Assembly (NCBI GenBank): GCA_946965045.2 | Contig: OX337228.1 | Location: 2,542,001-2,606,000 of the forward strand | DNA: 64,000 nucleotides | Origin: Epithemia pelagica | Taxonomy: Eukaryota > Protista > Bacillariophyta | Direction: 5' to 3' | In this document: positions 1 to 10,469 of the stretch, piece by piece | Layout: every line of letters starts with the position of its first letter | Numbering within the stretch: position 1 is the first letter of the stretch | The notes under the pieces: model-generated | The model's input: the letters and a program-made list of their open reading frames with translations, nothing else | What the model was told of the DNA's origin: nothing | The model's database searches: none | Position numbers and translations under genes: made by a program

Positions 1-525
1 CTTTCGCTCCGAAATACCGGCGATGGTAACAATCTCCCGATCATCATCTCCATCCATGATTGCAGATGCACTTGATTGATTTCACACACAGATGTTCTAT
101 CTTTAACTTGATCGATCGATATCTGTAGTCCATCCCAAACGATCTCCCCCATGCTCGAATGGCCAGAATGACTTGGACTTCGACAACCGAAACAGAAACC
201 GAATGGGGATGTGTACAAGGTATGACTTTCCCCCAAAATAAATAAAACGGAGCAGAAAGCACACCTGAGTTGCCGGCCCACTCGCCACGCCTGCTTAGAT
301 AAACAGAAATGAGGCGGCGTCCCTTTTTTTATGATGTGTGGCGCCAGCCTTCTTTGGGATATCTTTTGCCATGTTTGATCGTGGTCGCGGATAAGAATAC
401 AGGATCGTGATCGTGAATCGTGACGCATCTTGTCTCTCCTCAAATGGTAAGGCCACAAAGAGCTCTTTTTGCTCCCTACAAGTGCTACTTGTGCTTGTGC
501 GGAGACGATTCAATGCCGGTTCACC

Positions 526-1907
526 ATGAAATCGTTATCTAGAGCTTCACAGTTACTGTGTTTTTATTGCTTGAGCGTCAGCTCTGCATTTGTGATCTCG
601 AACTCGCCATGTCCGACATCAAGGTCCATGGACGTGGCCGCGAGTCCTAATGGTTGGGACGATATGGGGAGCAGCACGGTAGCTCGCGAAAATTTTGACG
701 AAGTTACTGTCGATTTGTCAGATGGCCGAGATTATCCCATTTACATCGGTGCAGGTTATTCTGATGAAGAAGGCAAGACTCTTGACAGAAACTTAATATG
801 TGCAAGCCGATGCCCTGAACTAACCGTGAAATATTCTTGTTTTTCAATTCAGCTGCGGAAATCTTGCAATCTCACGTACATGGCACTAAAGTCTTGATCG
901 TTACCAACAGTCTCATTGCTCCAATGTACTTGGAAAAATATGAGAGTCGGTTTCGCTCTGGAGGCAAGTTGTCAGTTGAAACGTTTGTTGTCCCAGATGG
1001 AGAAGAGCACAAGAGTATGGAAGTTCTCCAAACCATTCTTGACAAGTGCTTATCCATTGGTCTTGATCGTAAAGCGACATTTGTGGCATTGGGTGGAGGA
1101 GTGATTGGTGACATGGTAGGTTTCGCCGCTGCCATTTACCAGCGGGGTATCAATTTCATTCAGGTGCCGACAACTGTCATGGCCATGGTGGATTCATCCG
1201 TCGGAGGAAAGACCGGTGTGAACCATCCACTGGGAAAGAATATGATTGGGGCATTTCACCAACCTCAGTGCGTTTTTATTGACACAGCAACACTCGATAC
1301 TCTACCAAACCGGGAACTACAGAGTGGGGTGTCGGAGATTGTAAAGTACGGTCTAATTCGCGATGCCGAATTGTTTGAATGGCTGGAAGAAAATATGGAG
1401 GATATATTGGAGCGTGACGGGGACGCTATGCGCTTTGCTATTACTCGGTCTTGTCAAAACAAAGCTGCTGTGGTGAAGGCCGACGAAAAAGAGGCCGGGT
1501 TGCGAGCCACATTGAATCTTGGACATACCTTTGGCCACGCCATTGAGAGTGGGAGTGGCTATGGGACATGGCTTCACGGCGAAGCCGTATCTATTGGAAC
1601 GGCCATGGCAGCTTCAATGAGTGCTCGATTAGGATGGATCGAACAGGAATTGGTAGAGAGAACCTACCAACTTCTTGAACGCGCGAAGTTGCCTGTTGAA
1701 CTTCCACCAGATTCTCCAATGGACCGCAATACATTCCTTAAGCTCATGAGTGTGGATAAGAAGGTTTCAAATGGAAAATTGCGGCTGATCCTATTGAAAG
1801 GCGAGCTGGGAAACTGCGTCTTCACCGGAGATTTTGATGACCAAGCCATGGTTGATATTATAGATGAATTTGTCGCTGAGTGCGCTGGACCATCATCAAG
1901 TGACTAG
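526..1907 (+). CDS. aroB: 3-dehydroquinate synthase, plastid-targeted (2 exons; intron 773-852)
   Basis: Motifs LGGGVIGD, VPTTVMAMVDSSVGGKTGVN, GAFHQP and LNLGHTFGHAIE, HGEAV. N-terminus MKSLSRAS...SSAFVIS resembles a signal peptide plus ASAF motif. A GC-AG intron with a CTAAC branch point joins DEE-A-AEIL in frame. Confidence 0.96.
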
Positions 1908-2199
1908 CTTTAAGACAATAGAAAAATCTCCTACTCCCCTAGCTAGGAGTACTCTTACAATACTTCTATTGGTACCTGTGGTAGGCGAAGAGTCACAATA
2001 TGCGATGTCCCCAAGACAGAAACAGTACTCTTTGACGTTATTCTCCAGTCACTATACATTGTTTCAGTAAAGTAGCCCAGAACCATTCGTCGCCCTTTCC
2101 CTCTTTTGCGGTCTTTGTCTTTGGGTCAACCAGTGCAAAATCTGCATATCCTTTTTTTGACGGCAATAGGAGTACGATATACAACTACAACGGTCGACC

Positions 2200-4314
2200 A
2201 TGTCTGAGGGTGCCGAAACTGCGCGTGAACGAAGCCGATCTCCGGAAGGTCCTCCTCCGAATGGTGGAGGAGATCAGGATCAAGCGCCTCCAGGTGGAGA
2301 CTCTGGTGGTGGAGGAGATGGAGCCGGTGGATCTGGCGGCGACTATGGAGGCGGCGACGGTGGGGCCGACGAAGGCGTGAAGCTTTACGTTGGAAATCTT
2401 GATTACGGTTAGTATTTTGAATGACATATCCCCGGTGCCTTATGGTCTGATAACTAATAAACTGTGTCTCGTGCTTGACTGCAGCTACTGACAAGGAACG
2501 ATTGAAGGAGGAGTTCTCGCAATTTGGTAAAGTCATTGATGTCTTTCTACCTGCGGAACGCGGAACCAACCGCCCTCGTGGATTTGGATTCGTGACCATG
2601 GAAACTCGTGAAGGGGCCGATGCCGCCATTTCAAAGATGGATCAGGTAGAACTTGATGGACGTACTATTCGAGTCAACGAATCTCGTCCCAAAGGTGGAA
2701 GCAGACCATTGGGACCCGGAGGCGCTGGAGGGTTCAATGCGGCTGGGAAGGCGGAGGTCAAGTTGTACGTCGGAAATTTGTCGTTTGATACCCAAGCGGA
2801 TCAAGTTCGAAGTTTGTTCGAACAGTACGGACAGGTGAAGGATTGCTTCATGCCAACGGATCGCGATTCGGGAAAAGTTCGAGGTTTCTGCTTTGTGACG
2901 ATGCCCTCCAATGTAGCCGAGGATGCGTGTCAAAAGCTGAATGGTTTTGAACTAGATGGACGTCCGCTCAGGGTGAACGAGGCGCAACCCAAAGGAGGCG
3001 GTGGATCTGGTCGTGGTGGAGGCGGCGGCTTCGGTGGTGATGGTGGCTACGGAGGTGGCTACGGAGGAGGCAGTGGCTACGGAGGAGGTTACGGTGGCGG
3101 CGGCGGCGGCTACGATGATCGAGGTTCGTAGATTTGAAGACCTCTTTTGGATTGTCCTTGAATCGCTATTTCATCAGTTGTTGTTGTTTGTGGCAGGTGG
3201 TTCGTACTCGAGAGGAGGAGGAGGTGGTGGTTACGGTGGATACGACGATCGTGGTAAGAACGACTGCAGGTTATTTGGTGCTGTACTTGTGTGTTGTCGA
3301 TCTCAATATTAAAATTTCCTTGAACAGGTGGATACAGCCGTGGCGGCAGCGGTGGTGGTTACGGAGGCGGGTATGATGATCGAGGTATGTCTGTAGAGTT
3401 TCAAATGGGTCGTCGTTTCGATAGGTTTTCCCTCATCGTGATGATTTTTGTAATTGAAAGGTGGATACCGTGGAGGCGGTGGTGGTGGTAAGTTGTACAG
3501 ATATGGATTTGGAAAATCAAAAGGGGTTGATGTGTTGTCCACAAGCTCGGTTCATAGAAGATGGATTTGGATGGCTGTTGTCAATGGTTAGCCAGTGACA
3601 TTCGTATCAAAATCGACGGGAAGACTCGAATGGACTCGTGGCATGTATGGGAGTGGCTCTCGATCGGACGATCCTCTGATTTGATGTAGAGTTCAGAGAT
3701 TATTGCACGCGTTGATGAGGAAATGGCGTCGAAGGAATTGCGAAGCTGCTGGAATCCTGTGTGTTTGCAGTCGAGAAGTTTCTTTGTCGATCGCTGCAAG
3801 TGAATCTCTGTGTGCTCGTTTTGTTACTCCCCGAAGTTCTTGAAACCAAGTTGGAGCATCCGGTTCCTCTTCTCTTTTGCATACGGGAAGTTGTACCTGT
3901 CTGATGTACCTCTGCAGTTCTGCCCATGTCGCGAAATGATTCTAGAAGCGGCCACAAGTCGATTTTTGTCATGATGTGACCGATAGAAGCTCCCCAAGGT
4001 CTTTTAATGAGAAGTGGTACATGTTGAGCTTGCTCTCTCTTTTCCTTTTGCCGCGGGCGTTGTCTGAAAGGCTTGTCGTTCCGCGTGGTAAGTCTCTTGC
4101 AGAGACGAACTGATGCTTTTAGCCCCCTCAGAAGAAAAACTGTACACCAAGATTGATGGCATCCAGAAGACTCTCAAGAACCATTCCCCTGCTGACTCCT
4201 TCTACACGGGTCGTTGTGCATGTACTCACCGCTCTTTGTCTCTTTTCTGCAGGTTATGGTGGTGGAAGCTATGATGACCGCGGTGGCTATGGAGGTGGAT
4301 ACGATAGGTACTGA
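2200..4314 (+). CDS. Glycine-rich RNA-binding protein, two RRMs plus RGG/YDDR tail (6 exons)
   Basis: Two RNP2 (KLYVGNL) and RNP1 ([16 protein letters not shown]) motifs. Inferred GT-AG introns at 2408-2484, 3124-3196, 3254-3327, 3385-3460 and 3488-4252 keep the frame to TGA at 4312-4314. Confidence 0.9.
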
Positions 4315-4717
4315 GGTCTGTCTTACGTTGTCTTGCTAAGAAGTAGGCGATGAGTGAATAAGTTTGATGATGCATATGGTCCCATGGCGTGTCTTGTGTT
4401 AGCAGTGTGGGGTTCGGGATAGGACGTTTCCGCTTGCATTCTGCTGGTCGTTGTGGGTGCTAATTGTTTTGATAGGATTACGACGGGGAAGGATCAGAGT
4501 GGCCGGGTCTTGGTGACTTCTTGACAACCTGGCACTACAAAACCGAAGAGGGAAGTTGGGGATTTAGCCTTAACAGAGTCCTTGTGCTAAGTTTTATAGG
4601 TAAGTATCTCTTTCGTTGTATCTACCAGTATCAGCACGAAAACCAAACGCTCGGAGAGACAGATGATCGGTGGTTCTACATTGCGTTTTCTTCGATGGTT
4701 CTACAGTTCACATTCAT

Positions 4718-5104
4718 TCATTTCAGAGAGCTTTTGATAAGGGCTTGTGCGATGTGTCCAGACTTTGACCATCCATATCCATCGTTACGCCCATGGTGCG
4801 TCTTGCGTGATACTCCGTTTCTGTGGTTTTGCTCCTTCGACTTCGTAGTTACCGATTTTCCTTGTTGATATGCCTGGTATTTCATCGCCTGTCCCTTCTC
4901 TTCCACTCCTTCACGAGTCTCGTGATTGCGTCCCCTTGTACAAGTGTAGTGGTGTTGTCGAAAAGTCTTCAATGATCCGTGCCGATGAGACTTTAGCATG
5001 CATATGAGCACCCGCTCTTCTAGGATGACTTGCTCAATTTCACGAGAAAGGGAAAGCGCATCAGTTTCCAATCGTTCTATCTTTTCTTTTACTGATAGAG
5101 ACAT
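4718..5104 (-). CDS. Hypothetical 128-aa protein (coiled-coil-like N-terminus)
   Basis: ATG-initiated ORF in an otherwise unoccupied interval; no recognisable motif. Confidence 0.3.
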   Translation of the reverse strand: MSLSVKEKIERLETDALSLSREIEQVILEERVLICMLKSHRHGSLKTFRQHHYTCTRGRNHETREGVEEKGQAMKYQAYQQGKSVTTKSKEQNHRNGVSRKTHHGRNDGYGWSKSGHIAQALIKSSLK

Positions 5105-5313
5105 AACTAGCGATATAGCGTGGTTCTAAAGATGGACCACGTTGTCATAATGAGTACAATGGAGTCCAGGTAATATCCTGGAACCCTGTTACCGGAAATC
5201 GAAGAGACTCCCATCGGTCCACTAATGCAAGACACTTTCTCGTAACAAATTCGCCGTGGGCACCTCTTTCTCCATTTTACAGAGGGGATCGTGCAGGAAT
5301 CAAGAACTGTTCG

Positions 5314-6894
5314 TTATCCTGTCTCGCGTAAAATCTCCGCGACATGATCAATAGGAACTTTCGAGACGTGGTCATACTGCCATTTGACGCCACTAAGTGG
5401 TTCGTTTGCCCCTGGACCTGCTTTTCGCTTTGCATCCTGCCACGAAAGAAAGTCCTGGCTCTGCAACAATTTCATTTGCGCTGTCTGCTCTCGTTGCATA
5501 CACGACTCCAAAGTTTCCTGTTTCCCCGCACCGAGCCAAAGAAGCCTATATGTACAACACAATGCCAAAGGAGACTGCCTTTCTATGCGCCTGGTAAAAT
5601 CTGCGGCAATGTCCTTCACTTCTTGATCGATGCTTGTGTCCGAAGAGTTGGAAAGTTCCTTGAATCGTTCAAGTATACCCTCGACGCTTTTTTCTCGATA
5701 AAAAATGTCCTGAAACGTAAGGGCATAGTTGACTAAATTGCTTTCTTGTACTCCCACGTCCGTAATGGATTCGTCTGATTCGGCATCCAACGATGGATCA
5801 AACATATCATAAACTGTTTCATCGTTTGGACCCAGCGTGATATCTACGCCATCGGCCGAGAAGGACGAAGCGGCGCTAACAAGTTCTGCCACCTGGACAT
5901 TGCGATACTCGGCATTGTGGTCATAGTCAGGATCATATATATGGGGGTCTGTGGCCTTGGCTGTTGCCCCTTGATATCTCTTCGGTTCCTTCAATATTGC
6001 TTGTTGCTCCCATGCCGGTGTTTCTGCCAAGAACGCCTCGATATCTTCCGCATTAGCTGGGGATGACAGACAGTGCGTCGCAAGGCCAGTATATACCATG
6101 TCTTTGTAATCCGCCTCGTATCCCATTAGGGCAAGAATGAGGGCACAGCCTGCGGAGCACTTTGCTGAGGGTTGTTTAAATTCTTGTCCTAGGCGTGGCA
6201 AGAGCCATGACATGCCAGTTGGATCCAGCGCCAGTCCACGTGAGGGATTGAGAATGGCGTAGCTCGAGTTTTCGCTGACCAAGACATACGACGAAAGCAT
6301 GAAGGCAGCCCCTCCATCGGTGATTGCTCCATTAGGCATAAACAAGAACGGAATTTTGCTAGCTTTTTCATCGTCGCCTCTAACCGCACGAGCTAGGCTT
6401 GATAGGTGATGTAACATTGGCCCTTTTGTTTCTTTTGTAAGAGTCGCTGGATCGTATCCTCCAGCTACATACCATGTGAAGTCAGAGGTCGACATAAAAC
6501 CAGCTGGCATTTGGATTTCACCTGAACCTCCTTGCGAATAATGGTGATTGTCTCGTCCTTGTTGGTTCAGATCGTAGTTTTCTCGATCGTCCGAGACAAT
6601 CAGCACACTGCTCAATGATTTGTTTCTTTTCAATATTTGAAGCCGATACGCCAAGCCCTCACATTCCCGAGGTGTCAAGTGAGGTTCTAGCAAAGCTACT
6701 CGGCGGCAAGAGCCAATGGGACGAATTAGAACAGAGCGGTTTCCGACATCATCGATATTGTCGGCAATGTCGTGAATCGATTCGGGTGCTCCATGATACT
6801 TGATAGCTTTCCTTCTATTCAGCAGTGCCGTGTGATCATGATACAGTCTCCGTGTCAACAGTAACCGGCGAGGTTGTTGGGTCAGAAATCTCAT
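5314..6894 (-). CDS. 3-hydroxyisobutyryl-CoA hydrolase-like (crotonase fold) protein, probably mitochondrial
   Basis: Arg-rich presequence-like start. Crotonase/HIBCH-like segments VAGGYD, GAITDGG, GLALDPTGMSWLLPRLG, GLATH and QSPLALCCTYRLL. Confidence 0.8.
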   Translation of the reverse strand: MRFLTQQPRRLLLTRRLYHDHTALLNRRKAIKYHGAPESIHDIADNIDDVGNRSVLIRPIGSCRRVALLEPHLTPRECEGLAYRLQILKRNKSLSSVLIVSDDRENYDLNQQGRDNHHYSQGGSGEIQMPAGFMSTSDFTWYVAGGYDPATLTKETKGPMLHHLSSLARAVRGDDEKASKIPFLFMPNGAITDGGAAFMLSSYVLVSENSSYAILNPSRGLALDPTGMSWLLPRLGQEFKQPSAKCSAGCALILALMGYEADYKDMVYTGLATHCLSSPANAEDIEAFLAETPAWEQQAILKEPKRYQGATAKATDPHIYDPDYDHNAEYRNVQVAELVSAASSFSADGVDITLGPNDETVYDMFDPSLDAESDESITDVGVQESNLVNYALTFQDIFYREKSVEGILERFKELSNSSDTSIDQEVKDIAADFTRRIERQSPLALCCTYRLLWLGAGKQETLESCMQREQTAQMKLLQSQDFLSWQDAKRKAGPGANEPLSGVKWQYDHVSKVPIDHVAEILRETG

Positions 6895-7140
6895 CGTCTC
6901 CAGATCTGGATGTCCCTCCTGCAGAGAAGATCAACACATTGTGGGCAGAACTCTGGGCTCATATCCCAGAAAGATTTGCGGCCTGCAATATTTTCTGTGC
7001 GCGAGCACGGCAAACTTCGTTCCAATCCATAGTCTACCCACACTACCTACGCTTACTGCCGAACAATGAAAAACTCTAACGATGGCCTGGTTCCATTGTC
7101 AATGGATTGCGGTCAAGAGAGTACAAAGCCAACTTTTAAT

Positions 7141-9831
7141 CTAAAGTATGCGAAAACCGGAATCCACCGAGTTCCAGCCTTTTGATTTCAAGAATTCATC
7201 CTTGTTGGACGTCGAGGACAACATGTCCCCAGTATTGGCTCCCAGTAATCGGAATGTCGAGTCCATTTGATTCCATCCTTTCCTTCGAAATAAATCGTCG
7301 TCATTATCTATTTCACTTAGGACTTTCGACACGTACGCATCTCCATAGCGCATTTGTTTCAAGCAATCGGACAAAACAACCCGCACAGCTCGTTTACGAC
7401 GCTCCAAGAATCCTTCCGACCAGTCCAAGCTCTCTGCGTCTCGTATCACAGAAACGATCAGACTTATCTCGGACTCTGACAAACGACCTGAACGAGCGAA
7501 CGTCAGCAGCCTTCTCAGAATTGAGTCGACGAGACCAATGTCCGGATTGATTTCACTGGTTTCTTTCATGGAGGAGTAAAGCTTCACAGCTGTTTCGCGT
7601 GATTGAGATACTTCGCTGTTGATATGATGCCCAATCAATGTGGAATACGATATCAGATCAGGCTTGAGTCTGCCGTTTTCAACTTGGTATTCGGATGATG
7701 TTTGATTCCCGAAAAAGTGTCCGAATATCTTCATTGCTATTGAACCTCTGTCACATCGACAACAAGCATCTAATAGTGCATTCACGGCAATAACGTCGGG
7801 CTTGCTGATTTTCTTGAACGCCATAAGTGCTCCATTAATGTCGTTCCCCAGTCCACAGGTTCTCAACAACGACGTCAAAACTCTCACGTCGTACGCGGCC
7901 TCAACGTTTTGAGTCCTCAGATCGGACACTAAACGCACCGCTTCTCCAACGCGAGGCTCGCTACATCTACCCATAGCATCGATGATTGTCGACACACTAA
8001 TGGGATCTGGCTTGATACCATTCTTGATCATGCAACCAAAAATTTTCAAGGCTTCTTCCATACCGTCGTTTGAGAGGGATAAAGAACGTAAGGCTTCCGT
8101 TTTATTGCTTGAATGGGAAGTGGTGTTGTGCAACACAGCTGCAATGAAGGAATTGTACGTTACAACGGTGGGAGGAACAATAGTACTCATGTGCGAAAGC
8201 ATTTGGTGTGCCTCGTCAAACTTTCCGTGGCGTGCCAATCCCGAAACCAAACACGTGAATGTAACTTCATTTTGAGTTATGCCTCGTTGTCGCATTAACT
8301 GAAACACTGCCAACGAATCCGACAGTCGACCGGACTTGGCGAGGCAATCCAATAGATGAGTGTACGCTTCCGTGTTAGGGTGACGGTAGTTTCCATGCCC
8401 ATGTGCCACCATGTCGCAAGGCGATGTATATTGATCCAGCAGGTTCCTAGCAACATCATAATCATGGGAAACAAGAGCTACCTGGACCAGCGTATTGACC
8501 GAGACAGCATCCCACATGCTGAGTGTTTTCATTGATTCAAAAAGCTCAAGTGCTTTCTTTAAATCATGTGTTTGAGCGTAACCTTTGAGAATTGTGTTGT
8601 ATGTTCGTTTGTTGGGACGTGGCATCTCCCGAAACCAATCGTTATTTTGTGTTGGATCAGCCGCGTCGTCCCGTGTTCTTCTCATCTGATCAAAGACTTC
8701 CTGAGCTTTGTCCATTGCATTGCAATTGACGTACGCCGCAATCAAGCTGTTCATAAACACAATATCGGGTTGTATTGAGGGATTTTTCGTGGCATGTCGA
8801 AGGACTCCACTGACACGTTTCAGGTCACCAAGCTTCCCATATCCTTTTACCAAGATGGAATATCCAGTAGGTGAAATGGGAGGGGCTCTTTCGGAGCGCA
8901 ATTGGAGCGACACAATTCTCTGACATACATCCATTTGCCCGGAATTAGAAAATGTATTCAGAACCATGTTGATATCTTTTTCAAAAACTCGTTCATTACC
9001 CTTCAAGTTTCGAACTCCTACACCTGTAATCAGGCGTTGTAGGATTCGAAATGAAATGGTTGAATGCATATTAGCGATTTTCTGTTGCCTTGACAATGAT
9101 GCCGATGAATCTACTTCATTCCATGTAGTGAGAGCCTGTAGAGCTTTGACAAATGTTAGGCGAGGCACTTTGTCAAAGGGGTCCATGACACAGCCCGAAA
9201 GTGAGAGTTGTAAATTGATGGCTTCAACAGCAAGTAATATGTGGCGAATTGACGACTGCTCGTGTCGGGGATGTGCAGCCAACAAAGTGTGTGTAAATAC
9301 CATGAATGCATCATCAGTGGCACGACCGCAAGCCACGGAAGTTTGAAACTTTTGGGCCTCATTCTGTACATACGAAGTGACTTGTTTCAATGCGTCATAA
9401 GCCTTTTCAAATTGTTTTCTCCGAGTCAACTCAACAACTTTGACAGTGAGGGTTCCAAGGTGCTGGTCCAAATCCAAGCCAGAATCCTGATTAGAAGTCC
9501 CTGCACCGTAAAGCTGAGATGATGTCGTACAACTGAGGGCTTCCTCCCGACTTCGTAGAGGATAGAGCTGAATTAAGGGTCGGAGCCCATTTGTAGGCAT
9601 TAAATGATGATAGAAAGCATCGTTGATCAGAGACAAGTCCAAACTGGTGAAGCCTGAGACTGGATTCATCAAGAGGACAAAGCAGAACAGTGCAACAATA
9701 GTCGTCCCGAAGGGCACGATGTGCGACCTTGGCGTTTTCGACAGATTTCGGTAATTCATCGAAACAGTCGTCAAAATGTTTGCTCTTGCATGTCGCCGCC
9801 ATTCATGGAAATTCGTAAGACAAGTAGTCAT
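7141..9831 (-). CDS. Pentatricopeptide repeat (PPR) protein, probably organelle-targeted; exact start uncertain
   Basis: Many ~35-aa PPR motifs (e.g. YSILVKGYGKLGD, FMNSLIAAYVNCN, YNTILKGYAQ, FTCLVSGLARHG, PTVVTYNSFIAA). Hydrophobic signal-like stretch ending VSG-FTSL near the N-terminus. Confidence 0.9.
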   Translation of the reverse strand: MTTCLTNFHEWRRHARANILTTVSMNYRNLSKTPRSHIVPFGTTIVALFCFVLLMNPVSGFTSLDLSLINDAFYHHLMPTNGLRPLIQLYPLRSREEALSCTTSSQLYGAGTSNQDSGLDLDQHLGTLTVKVVELTRRKQFEKAYDALKQVTSYVQNEAQKFQTSVACGRATDDAFMVFTHTLLAAHPRHEQSSIRHILLAVEAINLQLSLSGCVMDPFDKVPRLTFVKALQALTTWNEVDSSASLSRQQKIANMHSTISFRILQRLITGVGVRNLKGNERVFEKDINMVLNTFSNSGQMDVCQRIVSLQLRSERAPPISPTGYSILVKGYGKLGDLKRVSGVLRHATKNPSIQPDIVFMNSLIAAYVNCNAMDKAQEVFDQMRRTRDDAADPTQNNDWFREMPRPNKRTYNTILKGYAQTHDLKKALELFESMKTLSMWDAVSVNTLVQVALVSHDYDVARNLLDQYTSPCDMVAHGHGNYRHPNTEAYTHLLDCLAKSGRLSDSLAVFQLMRQRGITQNEVTFTCLVSGLARHGKFDEAHQMLSHMSTIVPPTVVTYNSFIAAVLHNTTSHSSNKTEALRSLSLSNDGMEEALKIFGCMIKNGIKPDPISVSTIIDAMGRCSEPRVGEAVRLVSDLRTQNVEAAYDVRVLTSLLRTCGLGNDINGALMAFKKISKPDVIAVNALLDACCRCDRGSIAMKIFGHFFGNQTSSEYQVENGRLKPDLISYSTLIGHHINSEVSQSRETAVKLYSSMKETSEINPDIGLVDSILRRLLTFARSGRLSESEISLIVSVIRDAESLDWSEGFLERRKRAVRVVLSDCLKQMRYGDAYVSKVLSEIDNDDDLFRRKGWNQMDSTFRLLGANTGDMLSSTSNKDEFLKSKGWNSVDSGFRIL

Positions 9832-10469
9832 CCAGACTTCCGGTCATATCTCTCTCATGTACCGGTACTCTTCTTTCCTTTGATCTTTGATCCAGGAAGC
9901 TACTGCTACTACTCTGCTTGCGAAGAACGTAAAATAAGACGTATTGTTCTTCACTTCACTTTCGGGATGCGAGAAACGTCATGGTTAGAGAGTCAGAACA
10001 GACTCTTTCAGACACATCGATATCGAGATTGGCAGGTGGTAACCTTAGCAACTCGTGCGTCTGCGTCACATAATCCCTATCGTGAAGTGGAATAGAATTC
10101 ATGAAGTATACTATTCGCTGTAGAACACCCTGACTACTGGGGTTTACGTGAATAAGAGTTGATCGGGTAACTCTAGTAGAGATAGACTAGTCCTTTGTCC
10201 TTTGGTAGTTGGAGCTATGGACTATACAAGGAGATCTGAATTCAGCACTCTTGACATAGAGCTTCGGATGAGAATGAAATACATATGGGTGGAAAGCTAT
10301 ATCGTCCAAGACATGAAACTATTGCTCTTACTCTTCCTAGTGCAGTCCTTCATGATGGGTGAACCTCCAGTTTTGTTGCTTTACGCGAGACTTAACTATG
10401 TAGCCTTACTCTGTGGTCTACAAGCAATGGTATCCACCCACGTTTCAGTAGACGTCCGCAGTGGTCAGT

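Noticed and set aside
1-57. Possible 5' end of a minus-strand gene (MDGDDDREIVTIAGISERK...)
   Set aside because: Only 19 codons lie inside the window; not enough to call.
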